Sequence record: OQ721911
Reading direction: 5' to 3' (one strand)
Source: Escherichia phage vB_VIPECOOM03
Length of the DNA stretch: 64,000 nucleotides
Shown in pieces: positions 29,693-43,811 of the stretch. How positions within the stretch are numbered: the stretch's first letter is position 1; each line of letters begins with the position of its first letter. Both the position numbers and the translations under genes were made by a program. Under the pieces are notes generated by a model that saw nothing but the letters and a program-made list of their open reading frames with translations, searched no databases and was not told where the DNA came from.

Positions 29693-29881
29693 AAGTTTTC
29701 CATGGTAAAGGCAGTTTAGTTTTCTTTACTGTTAGTTCAACATCAGGATTCTTTTCTCTTAATTTAAGACATTCCTCCCAAGCCCTGATTTCACTAGTGA
29801 ATACGCAAAATTGCCCATCACTAGTACCAACTAAACCACTATTTACAATAACAATAGCCCAAGTTTCATGATGTAAAGCCA

Positions 29882-29882
<1 letters not shown>
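29685..29882 (-). CDS. Hypothetical protein
   Basis: 65 aa from the ATG at 29882, which overlaps the pseT stop; the longer ORF-track start lies inside pseT. Confidence 0.4.
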
Positions 29883-31103
<1,221 letters not shown>

Positions 31104-31107
<4 letters not shown>

Positions 31108-31334
31108 CTATTTTTCTCAACCAATGATTGAATATAATCATGCAGGTCTTTAGATGCTTTACCCCACTTATTTTGATATTCATTTTTAAGATTAGCACGT
31201 GATTGAGCTAATAAAACATCATTAGTTGGAGGTAAAGATTCTAATCGTTGAATCTGGCGACCATAAATCATTGCAGCCATTTCGGATTCATAAATCAATC
31301 CTTTAAGATGTTCAAATTGATGCCATGAAATCAT
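31104..31334 (-). CDS. Hypothetical protein
   Basis: 76-aa ORF. Confidence 0.5.
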
Positions 31335-31630
31335 TTACATTTATCCTCTTTTAACTCTTGACGATAATAACATATCATAGTTTTCTGGTCATGCACATAT
31401 CGTTTTACATCATTAAGCCAAATACGAAATTCCTGGGAATCTTCAAATGGCATACCGACCCAAGCTTTACCATCGATAACTTTAACTTGCCAAGATAGTT
31501 TAGCTTCATCATATGACTTTATCTGCACAGGCCAATTAGGATGAACTGTTTCTTTCTTTACTTCTAGAGGCTTTGTCGAACAACCAACTAGAAGACCAAT
31601 AGATAATATTACTGCTGATAGTTTAATCAT
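31331..31630 (-). CDS. Outer-membrane spanin lipoprotein (o-spanin, PseT.2-like)
   Basis: 99 aa; signal peptide with lipobox LLVGC; sits directly downstream of the i-spanin-like ORF. Confidence 0.7.
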   Translation of the reverse strand: MIKLSAVILSIGLLVGCSTKPLEVKKETVHPNWPVQIKSYDEAKLSWQVKVIDGKAWVGMPFEDSQEFRIWLNDVKRYVHDQKTMICYYRQELKEDKCK

Positions 31631-31980
31631 TTAGAAAGGTCCTGGATGTCTTCTGCAAACTTGTTGAAGGAGTTGTTGATTTGTTTTTCAACCAATCCTG
31701 GTTTATGAGCCACCACATCCGCCTTCTTTGCGTCTTTGCGCAGTTTTTCATTTTCACGCTCAATAGCAGCAATTGCCTCACGATTTTTATTATTCATCGC
31801 ATCAATATAATTATATTGAATTTTTAAATCATTTAATGCTAAAGCGTTTTCATTGGCCGTTTTTGTAATTTCTACAACAGACGTTTCTAATCTTTCAATT
31901 TTACTTTTTAAAATTAAAGAAGTTCCGCCCAATGCAATTACAATTAATAACAAACCCGCTGTCGTATTACTTAATTGCAT
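31627..31980 (-). CDS. Inner-membrane spanin (i-spanin, PseT.3-like)
   Basis: 117 aa; N-terminal TM helix (TAGLLLIVIALGGTSLIL) followed by a charged coiled-coil-like region. Confidence 0.7.
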   Translation of the reverse strand: MQLSNTTAGLLLIVIALGGTSLILKSKIERLETSVVEITKTANENALALNDLKIQYNYIDAMNNKNREAIAAIERENEKLRKDAKKADVVAHKPGLVEKQINNSFNKFAEDIQDLSK

Positions 31981-32474
31981 AAAGTTTTAATAACCTCTAC
32001 AATATCGTCTTGAGAAAGACCGTTAATTAAAATATGATGTTCAGCCGGAGATTTAGAAATTTTAAAGCATGCCTCAACATCTTCTGCCATATCTGATGCA
32101 CTACGATTTGGATTACTAATTCCAAGACGATGTTTTCCCGTTAAAGGATTAACGATGATATAGCATTTACAGTTATTAATATGAACATTAGGTTGAGTCT
32201 GATTAATGAACACATCACAATCATATTTTGCAAGCTGATTTTCTAAAAAGACTTTCATCTCCTCAACCGCATCAGGAAGCATATCACGGGCTTGCTCAAG
32301 ACGACGATTTCGATATTCTTTAATGGTCGTTTTCCGCTTGACTTGCTTAGCTAAATCTTTCTTAAGATCGGTGATATATCCAACTCGACGATTTCCTTTA
32401 AATACAGAAATCCCATCTGTAGTATCACCGTATGCTTCAACGACCATTTCAGTAGTAATAAGCTGTAAATCCAT
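31971..32474 (-). CDS. alc: Alc (blocks host transcription on cytosine-containing DNA)
   Basis: 167 aa from the second ATG, MDLQLITTEMVVEAYGDTTDGISVFKGNRRVGYITDLKK; matches T4 Alc. Confidence 0.85.
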   Translation of the reverse strand: MDLQLITTEMVVEAYGDTTDGISVFKGNRRVGYITDLKKDLAKQVKRKTTIKEYRNRRLEQARDMLPDAVEEMKVFLENQLAKYDCDVFINQTQPNVHINNCKCYIIVNPLTGKHRLGISNPNRSASDMAEDVEACFKISKSPAEHHILINGLSQDDIVEVIKTLCN

Positions 32475-32477
32475 CAT

Positions 32478-32538
32478 AAAGTCCTCATGTTATGTCAGTA
32501 AGACTACTGTAACACAACACGAGGGACTTGTAAACAGC
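32478..32538 (-). promoter_or_regulatory. Early promoter-like element with leader, near-duplicate of 16708-16768
   Basis: GTTTACAAGTCCCTCGTGTTGTGTTACAGTAGTCTTACTGACATAACATGAGGA. Confidence 0.6.
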
Positions 32539-34126
<1,588 letters not shown>

Positions 34127-34134
34127 AATAAAAT

Positions 34135-34148
34135 GGGCCTTACGGCCC
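34135..34148 (-). terminator. Hairpin GGGCC-GUAA-GGCCC between nrdB and denA
   Basis: Perfect 5-bp stem followed by AUUUUAUU on the - strand. Confidence 0.5.
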
Positions 34149-34153
34149 ACTCC

Positions 34154-35332
34154 TTAAAAATATTTTTTAAAACTCATCATAACTTTATCATCAACATCAT
34201 TATCAATCTGTGCTACAAGGTAAGATGACAGTTCTACTTCTTGCGGCGCTGATTGAACATTATCAGAATTAAGGTATTCACGAATCCAAGGATACGGATG
34301 TTTAACCGGAGCATCGGTAATTGGGCATGGAAGACCGCACTGTTTCATACGAGATACAGTTAAGTAATCAATAAAGCTCCACATGCTATTTGTATTTAAT
34401 CCAGGAACATCACCATCTTTAAATAAATGAACTGCCCAGTCTTTTTCTTGACGGTTAACTTCCATGAAAATATCAACTGCTTCTTGTTCACACTCTTGAG
34501 CAATTTTAACCCATTCATCACCGTCAGTGCCAAGTTGAAGTTGACGAATAATGTACTGGGTACCTTTAAGGTGAAGCTGTTCATCACGTGCAATGAACTT
34601 CATAATCTTAGCATTACCTTCCATGATTTCCATATTTTTGTGGAAGTTAAAGGTACATGCGAAAGATACGTAAAAACGAATAGCTTCCAGGGCATTGATT
34701 ACATGGAGACAGAGATAAAGGGACTTCATTAAAGCACGTTTAGCTTCGGCTTCTTGTTTAATAGCTCGGTTTAAACGAAAGACAGCATCAGGAGATTCTT
34801 TAGCTAGTTCTACAAATTCTTTAGCATTTTCCCATTCACGGGTTTTAATCAGAACATCATCATAATAACGCCCAATGGATTCAGCACGTTTCATAATAGC
34901 TTCATCTAATACAATTTCATCAAATACCTTCGATGGATCAGTATAAAGATTTCGCATGATATGAGTATATGAACGACTGTGAATAGTTTCACTAAAAGTC
35001 CATGTAGCAACCCATGTATCAAGGCTTGGATCTGAAATTAATGACATAAGTACAGCAGACGGTGCACGACCCTGAATGCTATCCAAAAGTGATTGATACT
35101 TCAGGTTATTAGTAAAAATATCTTGCTGATACTGAGGAAGCTTGTTAAATTGTGCAGCATCCATCATTAAGTTTACTTCTTCAGGACGCCAGAAAAATGA
35201 TAATTGCTTTTCGGTTAAATCTTCAAAAACTTTATGACGTTGAATATCATAACGCGCAATACCAAGACCTGAACCAAAAAACATAGGTTCTTTTAAAACA
35301 TCGACTGGATTTGTATTAAAAACTGTGCTCAT
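34154..35332 (-). CDS. nrdB: Ribonucleotide reductase small subunit, uninterrupted
   Basis: 392-aa continuous ORF with the di-iron/tyrosyl-radical family signature; no intron-sized interruption. Confidence 0.95.
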   Translation of the reverse strand: MSTVFNTNPVDVLKEPMFFGSGLGIARYDIQRHKVFEDLTEKQLSFFWRPEEVNLMMDAAQFNKLPQYQQDIFTNNLKYQSLLDSIQGRAPSAVLMSLISDPSLDTWVATWTFSETIHSRSYTHIMRNLYTDPSKVFDEIVLDEAIMKRAESIGRYYDDVLIKTREWENAKEFVELAKESPDAVFRLNRAIKQEAEAKRALMKSLYLCLHVINALEAIRFYVSFACTFNFHKNMEIMEGNAKIMKFIARDEQLHLKGTQYIIRQLQLGTDGDEWVKIAQECEQEAVDIFMEVNRQEKDWAVHLFKDGDVPGLNTNSMWSFIDYLTVSRMKQCGLPCPITDAPVKHPYPWIREYLNSDNVQSAPQEVELSSYLVAQIDNDVDDKVMMSFKKYF

Positions 35333-35383
35333 AAATTTTCCGCTTAGTTAATAGTTGGTGACTCGTCCATGAGTCAAATTATA

Positions 35384-37648
35384 TCATAATTTACAGGATG
35401 AACAATCTTCAGCTTTTGGAGTTTCTATTTCGTAATCATCAGTACCGGAACCATCACGAGTATTATGATAATAGAAGTTTTTAATTCCATAATACCATCC
35501 ATATAGCATGTCATCAATCATTATTGACATTGGAACCTTTCCTTTTGGAAAAATCTGTGGGTCATAATATGTATTCGCTGAAGCTGATTGACATACCCAT
35601 TTCAGCATAATAGCTACCTGCGTAAGATAAGGTTTATTACCTTTCTTAGCTAATTTCCATGTATAATCATAGAGGTCTATGTTATGCTCAATATTGGGCA
35701 CGACTTGATTAAAGGAACCCTCTTTTGATTCTTTAACAGAGACTGGTCCACGTGGAGGCTCGATACCGTTTGTACTGTTAGAAACTTGGGAAGATGACTC
35801 ACATGGCATAAGTGCTGATAATGTGCTATTACGGATGCCAAAGAGCTTAAGGTCTTCCCGCAGCGACGACCAGTCACAAACGTATTTTGGAGCTGCGATT
35901 TGGTCAATCTTTTTATTGTACCAGTCGATAGGTAATTCGCCTCGAGACCAACGAGTGTCTGAATAATATTCGCAAGGTCCTTTTTCTTTGGCGAGCTTAA
36001 TGGATGCTTTAATGAGTCCATACTGTAATCTCTCAAACAATTCATGAGTCAAATCGTTAGCGTCTTCATATGAAGCAAAGTTAGAAGCTAACCATGCAGC
36101 ATAGTTAGTAACACCTACACCAAGATTTCGACGCTTTTTAGCTTTTTCTGCTTCAGGAACTGGATATCCTTGGTAATCCAAAAGATTATCAAGAGCACGA
36201 ACTTGAACTTCTGCTAATTCATTAATTTTATCTTGGTCTTGCCAATCGAAGTTATCTAACACAAATGCAGATAACGTACACAATCCAATTTCAGCATCAG
36301 GACCATTCACATCATTAGTTGGAATAGCAATTTCACAACACAAGTTACTCTGACGAATAGGTGCCTTTTCACGAATAAATGGAGTATAGTTATTCGTATT
36401 ATCAATGAACTGTACATAAATCCTTGCTGTTCCTGATCGTTCAGTCATTAGCAATTCAAACAGTTCACGGGCTTTAATACGCTTTTTACGAATATTAGGG
36501 TCTTTTTCTGCGGCTTCATATAATTCACGGAAACGATCTTGGTCTTTAAAATAAGAATAATAAAGCTCGCCACCCATTTCATGCGGACTGAACAAAGTAA
36601 TGTAGTCGTTCTTTCCAAAACGTTCCATCATTAGGTCATTCAGCTGAACGCCATAATCCATATGACGGATACGGTTTTCTTCTACACCTTTGTTATTTTT
36701 CAAAACGAGAAGATTTTCAACTTCCAAATGCCAAATAGGATAATAAGCAGTAGCAGCGCCGCCACGAATTCCGCCCTGTGAACATGATTTAACAGCAGTC
36801 TGAAAATGTTTCCAAAAAGGAATAACACCAGTATGACGCACTTCACCTGTGCCAATCTTAGAACCTTCGGCACGAATCATACCAACGTTAATACCGATTC
36901 CGGCTCGTTTAGAAATATACTCAACAATTGAAGCAGAAGCCTTATTGATAGACTTCAGCGAATCGCCTGCCTCAATAACGACGCATGAACTAAACTGCCG
37001 AGTTGGAGTACGACATCCAGCCATAATAGGAGTAGGCAGTGAAATCTGTCGAGTAGATACTGCTTCATAAAAACGAATAACATGTTTTAATCTGTCAACA
37101 GGTTCATCTTGATGCAATGCCATTCCAATAGTCATAAATGCAAACTGTGGAGTTTCATAAATTTGACCAGTGGTTTTATCTTTAACGAGATATTTTTCTT
37201 TTAATTGCATCGCCCCGGAATAAGTAAATTCCATATCCCGCTCATGCTTAATTTTTGATTCTAAAAATGTAATTTCTTCTGCAGAATATTTTGACAACAA
37301 TTCAGGGTCATATTTACCTTCATTTACACAGTAAGAAATATGGTCAATAAATGAACGGGGCTCATACTGTCCGTACACATGTTTACGAAGAGCAAACATT
37401 AAACAACGTGCAGCTACGTATTGATAATCAGGCTCTTCAACCGAAATAGAATTCGCAGCAGCCTTAATTACAATAGTTTGAATGTCATCAGTGGTCATTC
37501 CATCACGGAGATATGATTTAATATTTTCATATAATTCATAAGGATCTACAGATGTTCCTTCAGCTGCCCAAGATAAAACTTTAATAATTTTTTGCGGGTC
37601 AAAGCTCTGAGAAACACCACTACTTTTGATAACATTAATTAATTGCAT
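35384..37648 (-). CDS. nrdA: Ribonucleotide reductase large subunit
   Basis: 754 aa; N-terminal ATP-cone and active-site Cys segments (e.g. NLCCEIA). Confidence 0.95.
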   Translation of the reverse strand: MQLINVIKSSGVSQSFDPQKIIKVLSWAAEGTSVDPYELYENIKSYLRDGMTTDDIQTIVIKAAANSISVEEPDYQYVAARCLMFALRKHVYGQYEPRSFIDHISYCVNEGKYDPELLSKYSAEEITFLESKIKHERDMEFTYSGAMQLKEKYLVKDKTTGQIYETPQFAFMTIGMALHQDEPVDRLKHVIRFYEAVSTRQISLPTPIMAGCRTPTRQFSSCVVIEAGDSLKSINKASASIVEYISKRAGIGINVGMIRAEGSKIGTGEVRHTGVIPFWKHFQTAVKSCSQGGIRGGAATAYYPIWHLEVENLLVLKNNKGVEENRIRHMDYGVQLNDLMMERFGKNDYITLFSPHEMGGELYYSYFKDQDRFRELYEAAEKDPNIRKKRIKARELFELLMTERSGTARIYVQFIDNTNNYTPFIREKAPIRQSNLCCEIAIPTNDVNGPDAEIGLCTLSAFVLDNFDWQDQDKINELAEVQVRALDNLLDYQGYPVPEAEKAKKRRNLGVGVTNYAAWLASNFASYEDANDLTHELFERLQYGLIKASIKLAKEKGPCEYYSDTRWSRGELPIDWYNKKIDQIAAPKYVCDWSSLREDLKLFGIRNSTLSALMPCESSSQVSNSTNGIEPPRGPVSVKESKEGSFNQVVPNIEHNIDLYDYTWKLAKKGNKPYLTQVAIMLKWVCQSASANTYYDPQIFPKGKVPMSIMIDDMLYGWYYGIKNFYYHNTRDGSGTDDYEIETPKAEDCSSCKL

Positions 37649-37965
37649 AAGTCCTCAACTTGAAAATCGTCTTTAAACAATCGGTTAACTATATGAGCTA
37701 TTATATCACCATGACACGGCTTTGGTTTACATGTGCATCCTAGCCTCATTCCACGTAAAGGCTCTAAATGTGCTTTAGTTATTTCTCCGGATTTAATTCG
37801 ACGTATAAAATCTTTTTTGAATAATTCAATGGCAGCCTCCCGGCTGCCAGCATCTTTACCGACGTAATTTCCCCAAAATGTACCACGGTGAATATTAACA
37901 TCAAAGTCGGATTTATATTTATTCACTACCTGGCATAGACGGCCCGCGCGGCGATAATTCGTCAT
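37639..37965 (-). CDS. Hypothetical protein (nrdA.1 position)
   Basis: 108-aa ORF; Cys/His-rich C-terminus ([13 protein letters not shown]). Confidence 0.55.
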   Translation of the reverse strand: MTNYRRAGRLCQVVNKYKSDFDVNIHRGTFWGNYVGKDAGSREAAIELFKKDFIRRIKSGEITKAHLEPLRGMRLGCTCKPKPCHGDIIAHIVNRLFKDDFQVEDLCN

Positions 37966-38182
37966 ATTGTTTTTCCGTTAAAACAGTAATATCATAGTAA
38001 CAATCTGAAGAAGTTTTAACTGTAGAAATTTTATTATCAAAATACTCACGAGTCATTTTATGAGTATAATATTTTTTGCCGTAAATGATAATAGGCTGAT
38101 TTGGTCCTGGAACTTCTAACTCACTTGGGTTAGGAAGTGTAAAAAGAACTACACCAGAAGTATCTTTAAATCGTAAAATCAT
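37919..38182 (-). CDS. Hypothetical protein (nrdA.2 position)
   Basis: 87-aa ORF. Confidence 0.5.
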   Translation of the reverse strand: MILRFKDTSGVVLFTLPNPSELEVPGPNQPIIIYGKKYYTHKMTREYFDNKISTVKTSSDCYYDITVLTEKQYDELSPRGPSMPGSE

Positions 38183-38200
38183 ATATCCTCACAATTAAAA

Positions 38201-39060
38201 TTACACCGCCATTTTTCCTTTCAAGACACCATGGGACTGATAATCTTTGAGAACGAAATCTCGCGCTGTCATATATTCAGTTAACCAATACATTTGAGTT
38301 TCAGTATCGCATTGACTGAATCCATTAGGCCAATTAATACTGAGTTTGCACAGGTCCATAGGGGTTCTATTTAATATCTCTTTGCATTGCTCAATATGGT
38401 TAGAATAAATGTGTGTATTGCCGCCCGAGAATATCAAATCGCCCGGAACTAGTTCACACATGTCAGCAACAATATGTAAGAGAGCAGCATAGCTCGCGAT
38501 GTTAAATGGAAGACCGAGGAAAACATCTACCGAGCGTTGATACCATTGGAGGTCAAGGTATCCGTTACGAACATTAAACTGATAGAACATGTGACAAGGT
38601 GGTAATGCCATTTGCTTAAGTTCAGCTGGATTCCACGCTGACACAATTTGACGCCTATCGTTTGGAAATGTTTTAATACGATTAACAACTTCTACAATTT
38701 GGTCTACACCGCCAAAATCACGCCATTGTTTTCCGTAAATTGGACCAAGTTCACCACTATGATATCCTAAATCTTTTGCTTGATTTTCGTAATTTTCATC
38801 CCAAATCGTTTTTCCAGCAATTAAAGATCCATGAGTACGTTTACGTAGATCATTTACGTTAGTACTTCCTGACAGAAACCATAGTAACTCAGAAATACAT
38901 GCATTCCAAGCGAGCTTCTTAGTCGTTACTGCAGGAAAACCTTTAGTTAAATCCCAGCGTAATTTAGTACCGAACAAAGCAATTGTTCCTGTGCCTGTTC
39001 GGTCATCGGTTTCGTAGCCATTTTCTAGAATATCTTTAATTAAAAATTGGTATTGTTGCA

Positions 39061-39061
<1 letters not shown>
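38201..39061 (-). CDS. td: Thymidylate synthase, uninterrupted
   Basis: 286 aa from the ATG at 39061 (MQQYQFLIKDILENGYETDDRTGTGT); catalytic PPCH motif (ALPPCHMFYQF); the ORF-track start at 39073 is a TTG. Confidence 0.93.
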
Positions 39062-40086
<1,025 letters not shown>

Positions 40087-40102
<16 letters not shown>

Positions 40103-40446
40103 TGAAAAGGGCCAGGAACATATCCGCTAGAGTTAACCATTTTAACTAAAGTTGCCATTCCTCTATTAACTGCTTGTGCGATTTCATCAAAAATTTTGTC
40201 ACTACCACCGTAAAAGTCATTAAAAAATTCTAACGCGTTCTCCCGAACTTTTAATTTACGGCCGACAATTTCGCCTACAGTAAATTCTCTTCCGCAAAAT
40301 CCAGTGTAAATTGTAATTACACCCGTTAACTGACTTTCACGGGAATTTATGTCGTGTGATAAATTAATAAAAGCCGTCCCACGCGCGGTTTTAAGTTGGC
40401 AACGAATTTTTACTTGAGTAATTCCAGTTACATGAATGTCAGACAT
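40087..40446 (-). CDS. Hypothetical protein (frd.2 position)
   Basis: 119-aa ORF. Confidence 0.5.
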
Positions 40447-40456
40447 AATATTTTCC

Positions 40457-40699
40457 TCAAACAGACTTTTTCACAATTTTCCAATCAGCTTTAAACTGAT
40501 CAACGTCAGAATAGTAAATCCAGAATCCTGCGCTTTCTCCATCCTCATAAAGAGGGCATCCATCGCATTCATCTTCCCATCCCATATCACGTAAAAGATG
40601 TTCAGCTTTTTCAACAAGTTCAGAATCTTTACCAATGATATTAAAATACCATTTACCTCTAACTTCTGAATCTTTAATGCTCTGGCGTTGTAATCTCAT
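40457..40699 (-). CDS. Hypothetical protein (frd.3 position)
   Basis: 80-aa ORF preceded by AAGGAGAATAAAATG. Confidence 0.5.
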   Translation of the reverse strand: MRLQRQSIKDSEVRGKWYFNIIGKDSELVEKAEHLLRDMGWEDECDGCPLYEDGESAGFWIYYSDVDQFKADWKIVKKSV

Positions 40700-40753
40700 T
40701 TTATTCTCCTTAGTTGATAGGGTAATAGTATCACACTACTACCCTGTTGTAAA
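40700..40753 (-). promoter_or_regulatory. Early promoter-like element
   Basis: CTTTCAAAAAGTAGTTTACAACAGGGTAGTAGTGTGATACTATTACC. Confidence 0.45.
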
Positions 40754-41140
40754 CTACTTTTTGAAAGTTTTTCGCAAAAGTTCAATGATTTCATCTACAT
40801 TGTTTTCGTCTACAATGCAGTGAATTTTTGTTACGCCAGAAATCTTGTCTTCGACTTCATCTTCTTCAGAAGTCGGTTCTTTATACTCGCGGAAACAATA
40901 AAACTCTTCTTCACTAAGTTCAAAATAATCATCACCCATACCATCATCATTATAGATTTCGCCATTAGCACAAATGATTTCAGTTACATAATCAAATCCA
41001 TCTAAACTTGATATTGATTTAACTTCAAACCAACCACCATTTTCTTGAATGATGCCGACCATATTAGCATTTGATGAACTAATATCAATGAAAGATTTAA
41101 TACGATGTGGATTTAACTCATATTTTTTGCCAATTTCCAT
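40754..41140 (-). CDS. Hypothetical acidic protein
   Basis: 128 aa from the ATG at 41140 (GAGGA SD); the upstream in-frame ATG gives 133 aa. Confidence 0.5.
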   Translation of the reverse strand: MEIGKKYELNPHRIKSFIDISSSNANMVGIIQENGGWFEVKSISSLDGFDYVTEIICANGEIYNDDGMGDDYFELSEEEFYCFREYKEPTSEEDEVEDKISGVTKIHCIVDENNVDEIIELLRKTFKK

Positions 41141-41162
41141 TTTGATTTTCCTCATTTTGATA

Positions 41163-41178
41163 GGGGCTTGACAGCCCC
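41163..41178 (-). terminator. Hairpin GGGGCU-GUCA-AGCCCC
   Basis: Stem-loop between two - strand ORFs. Confidence 0.45.
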
Positions 41179-41185
41179 TTGATAA

Positions 41186-41413
41186 TTATTGTTCGATCAG
41201 TCCCATGTAAAATTCTGCGTCTTCAGCATCCATACCATCGCAATATTCATTAGCCATAAAGCGGGTGAGGTCTTCAAGAGGACCTTCAATAACAATTTGA
41301 ATGCTCCAAAACTTAGAATCTTGCACACTTGTGATACTAAGTTCAGGATAACGATTACGAATAATTTCTTCAATATATTCAAAATCAACGATGTCAATAT
41401 CAACTTTAGCCAT
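41186..41413 (-). CDS. Hypothetical acidic protein
   Basis: 75 aa [31 protein letters not shown]... from the ATG with AGAGGAAAA SD; the ORF-track extension reads through the promoter and terminator. Confidence 0.5.
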   Translation of the reverse strand: MAKVDIDIVDFEYIEEIIRNRYPELSITSVQDSKFWSIQIVIEGPLEDLTRFMANEYCDGMDAEDAEFYMGLIEQ

Positions 41414-41490
41414 ATTGTTTTCCTCTTTAATCGTCAGCAGTATTGCCGATAGTTGTATAGTACCATAGAAGAACAGGGATGTAAACCGTT
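41414..41490 (-). promoter_or_regulatory. Early promoter copy 1 of 3 (TTTTCACAAAACGGTTTACA ... TGGTACTATACAACTATC)
   Basis: 20-mer UP/-35 block and 18-mer -10 block, each identical to the copies at 58227-58310 and 62103-62170. Confidence 0.6.
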
Positions 41491-41517
41491 TTGTGAAAAA
41501 AATTTTTGAAATAAAAA

Positions 41518-41536
41518 AGGGGACCTCTAGGGTCCC
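41518..41536 (-). terminator. Hairpin GGGGACC-CUAG-AGGUCCCC plus U-run after gene 32
   Basis: Stem followed by UUUUUUAUUUC on the - strand. Confidence 0.6.
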
Positions 41537-41559
41537 CAATTAATTAGTAATATAATCTA

Positions 41560-42468
41560 TTAAAGGTCATTCAAAAGGTCATCCAGGTCCGTGTCATCAG
41601 CACTAGATGAACTGCCAGAGCTTGAGCTCATAAAATCATCTTCAGTTTTTGTTTTGAAGTCATCAACATTAAATGCATCCAAATCATCAGCAACTTTATC
41701 AGCTTTCTTAGCGGCAGTCGCTGCGGCACCACCCATAGCAGCAGTTCCCATAACTTGACTGAACTTAGTGCTCAATTCTTCAAACGATTTGAATTTATCT
41801 TTAGAAGTCATTTCAGAAAGGTCAACCATTTGTTCGAACAGTTCTTTCTGGAAAGATTCATCATCGATGTTTGGAATCGCAGATTGATTCAGGAATTTAG
41901 ATTCGTCGTAGTTACTAAAACCAGAAACTTGTTTAACTTTCAGTACAAAGTTAGCACCTTCCCACGGACAAGTTACATCAACCGGAGTTTCACCCATTTC
42001 AACATCAACTGCAATCATTGCATTGATTTTATCCCAGATTTTCTTACCGAAACGGTATTTAAATACTTTACCTTCATTTTCTGGAGCAGCTGGGTCTTTT
42101 ACTACAAGAATGTTAGCCCAGTAAGAAGTTTTACGTTTAACAAGACCATACTCTTTATTGTCAGTGTTATACAAATCATTTTTACTGATGTACTGACATA
42201 CTGGACAAGAATCGTAATCACCGTGGGTAGATGAACAGTTTTCAATATACCATTTACCATTTTTCTTGAAACCGTGATTTACAAGAATTGCAAATGGTGC
42301 TTGTTCATCATTTTTAGACGGAAGAAAACGAATTACTGCTTGACCGTTACCCGCATTATCGAGTTTCAGTTTCCACTCGCCTTTATCTTCAGAAGAAAAA
42401 CCACCTTTATTTCCAGCCAGTTTAGCCATTTGTGCAGCGAGTTCAGCAGTAGATTTACGTTTAAACAT
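41560..42468 (-). CDS. 32: Single-stranded DNA-binding protein gp32
   Basis: 302 aa, [17 protein letters not shown]...; zinc ligands region [14 protein letters not shown]; acidic C-terminal tail [12 protein letters not shown]. Confidence 0.95.
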   Translation of the reverse strand: MFKRKSTAELAAQMAKLAGNKGGFSSEDKGEWKLKLDNAGNGQAVIRFLPSKNDEQAPFAILVNHGFKKNGKWYIENCSSTHGDYDSCPVCQYISKNDLYNTDNKEYGLVKRKTSYWANILVVKDPAAPENEGKVFKYRFGKKIWDKINAMIAVDVEMGETPVDVTCPWEGANFVLKVKQVSGFSNYDESKFLNQSAIPNIDDESFQKELFEQMVDLSEMTSKDKFKSFEELSTKFSQVMGTAAMGGAAATAAKKADKVADDLDAFNVDDFKTKTEDDFMSSSSGSSSSADDTDLDDLLNDL

Positions 42469-42551
42469 TTTTATTTCCTTTTTAATTTAATTAACAGTTG
42501 GTGCTATGACGATGTATGACCTCATAGCTGGTCAGTGAGATAATTATAATC

Positions 42552-42559
42552 TATTTATA
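42552..42559 (-). promoter_or_regulatory. Late promoter TATAAATA upstream of gene 32
   Basis: TATAAATA on the - strand about 85 bp upstream of the gene 32 ATG. Confidence 0.45.
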
Positions 42560-42567
42560 ATAAGCAA

Positions 42568-43221
42568 TTAGTACTTACAAGATTTCACAGTTTCAATGAA
42601 AACATTTTTAGCTTTCTGTGAATCAATATTTAAAATTTTTCTATAAGCCTTTAACTTTATAGAATAATTATTCCAGACTAAATTATCAGTCTGTTCATCA
42701 TGTTTATCGATTATATTTAAAAACGAATCAAGCAAGATAAACGTCTCAAACGAAATTATATTCGATTGAAGTAGTTTAAAAATATAACTTGATTGAACTT
42801 TTGGATTATATTCAAAAATTTCTTTAAAAGCAGAAACTTCAACTTTTTTACTAAAATAATAAATGTTGCGAATATCTTCTTCAAACTTAAATTTAATTTG
42901 CTTTAAGCGTCCGATATATTCACGATAAAACACAAGTGCATCAGCGTCAGAGATGTCACCAATCCAAGCATCCTGGTTAGCAACAAGATTGCTTATAAAG
43001 ATTAAAGCAAGTTCCTTTAATTTATATTTTTCTGATAACTTCTGGAAAAAATACTTATCCCTTCGCTTTTGATAAGCGGCATCAGACACCCGCATGCACC
43101 AATTATACTTAATTACATCATACTTTCCATTCATATGTTGTTTTATCATTAAGTATAATTTATAAACTGATTTACCATCAATGTATCTTTCACCACCAGC
43201 AGGCATGCGGAGTTTAATCAT
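42568..43221 (-). CDS. 59: Helicase loader gp59
   Basis: 217 aa, MIKLRMPAGGERYIDGKSVYKLYLMIKQHMNGKYDVIKYNW matches T4 gp59. Confidence 0.93.
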   Translation of the reverse strand: MIKLRMPAGGERYIDGKSVYKLYLMIKQHMNGKYDVIKYNWCMRVSDAAYQKRRDKYFFQKLSEKYKLKELALIFISNLVANQDAWIGDISDADALVFYREYIGRLKQIKFKFEEDIRNIYYFSKKVEVSAFKEIFEYNPKVQSSYIFKLLQSNIISFETFILLDSFLNIIDKHDEQTDNLVWNNYSIKLKAYRKILNIDSQKAKNVFIETVKSCKY

Positions 43222-43556
43222 AGTAGAAAATCTAATGTATTAGTTTTTTCACAGCGAACAACAGAAGGACGTAAAAGATTTTCGTCAATAGCTTCTGACT
43301 GAATTTTTTCAATTATACCCGAAGGAATAAATTTAGCAAATTGAGTTTCAGGAATAGAATTTTCTTCCAAGAATGCTGTTGTAGCTTCAAGATAACTCAT
43401 TCCAAACTCTTCTACCATTTTTTCAATAATAAATCCATTTTCTTGACGATCAAGAAGCTTTGCAATTTCATCCTTTTCTTTCTTAATTGAAAGTTCTTTT
43501 TCTGAAAGACCGGTCTCATCGACCGGACGAATATCATTTAGAGAAAACTGTGTCAT
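43218..43556 (-). CDS. 33: Late transcription co-activator gp33
   Basis: 112 aa from MTQFSLNDIRPVDETGLSEKELSIKKEKDEIAKLL. Confidence 0.9.
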   Translation of the reverse strand: MTQFSLNDIRPVDETGLSEKELSIKKEKDEIAKLLDRQENGFIIEKMVEEFGMSYLEATTAFLEENSIPETQFAKFIPSGIIEKIQSEAIDENLLRPSVVRCEKTNTLDFLL

Positions 43557-43803
43557 AAAGTTCAACTACCTCTTCGGTTTCAGCTTCAAACACATCACGG
43601 TTATCTTTATGATACAAAGCTAAAAGACGATTAAACATCTTACCATCAACGCCAAGTTCATCTTTGGCACGAATTCGAATATCTTTAATTAATTCATTAT
43701 AACCGGAAATTTTCAGTTTATGATCAGATGCTTCTTTGATAAATTTAGCTAAGTCTTCGCCATGGATAGCTTCATCAAATTCAACCATTTCTTTTTTAGC
43801 CAT
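43534..43803 (-). CDS. dsbA: dsDNA-binding protein DsbA
   Basis: 89 aa, MAKKEMVEFDEAIHGEDLAKFIKEASDHKLKISGYNELIKD. Confidence 0.9.
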   Translation of the reverse strand: MAKKEMVEFDEAIHGEDLAKFIKEASDHKLKISGYNELIKDIRIRAKDELGVDGKMFNRLLALYHKDNRDVFEAETEEVVELYDTVFSK

Positions 43804-43811
43804 TATTCACC

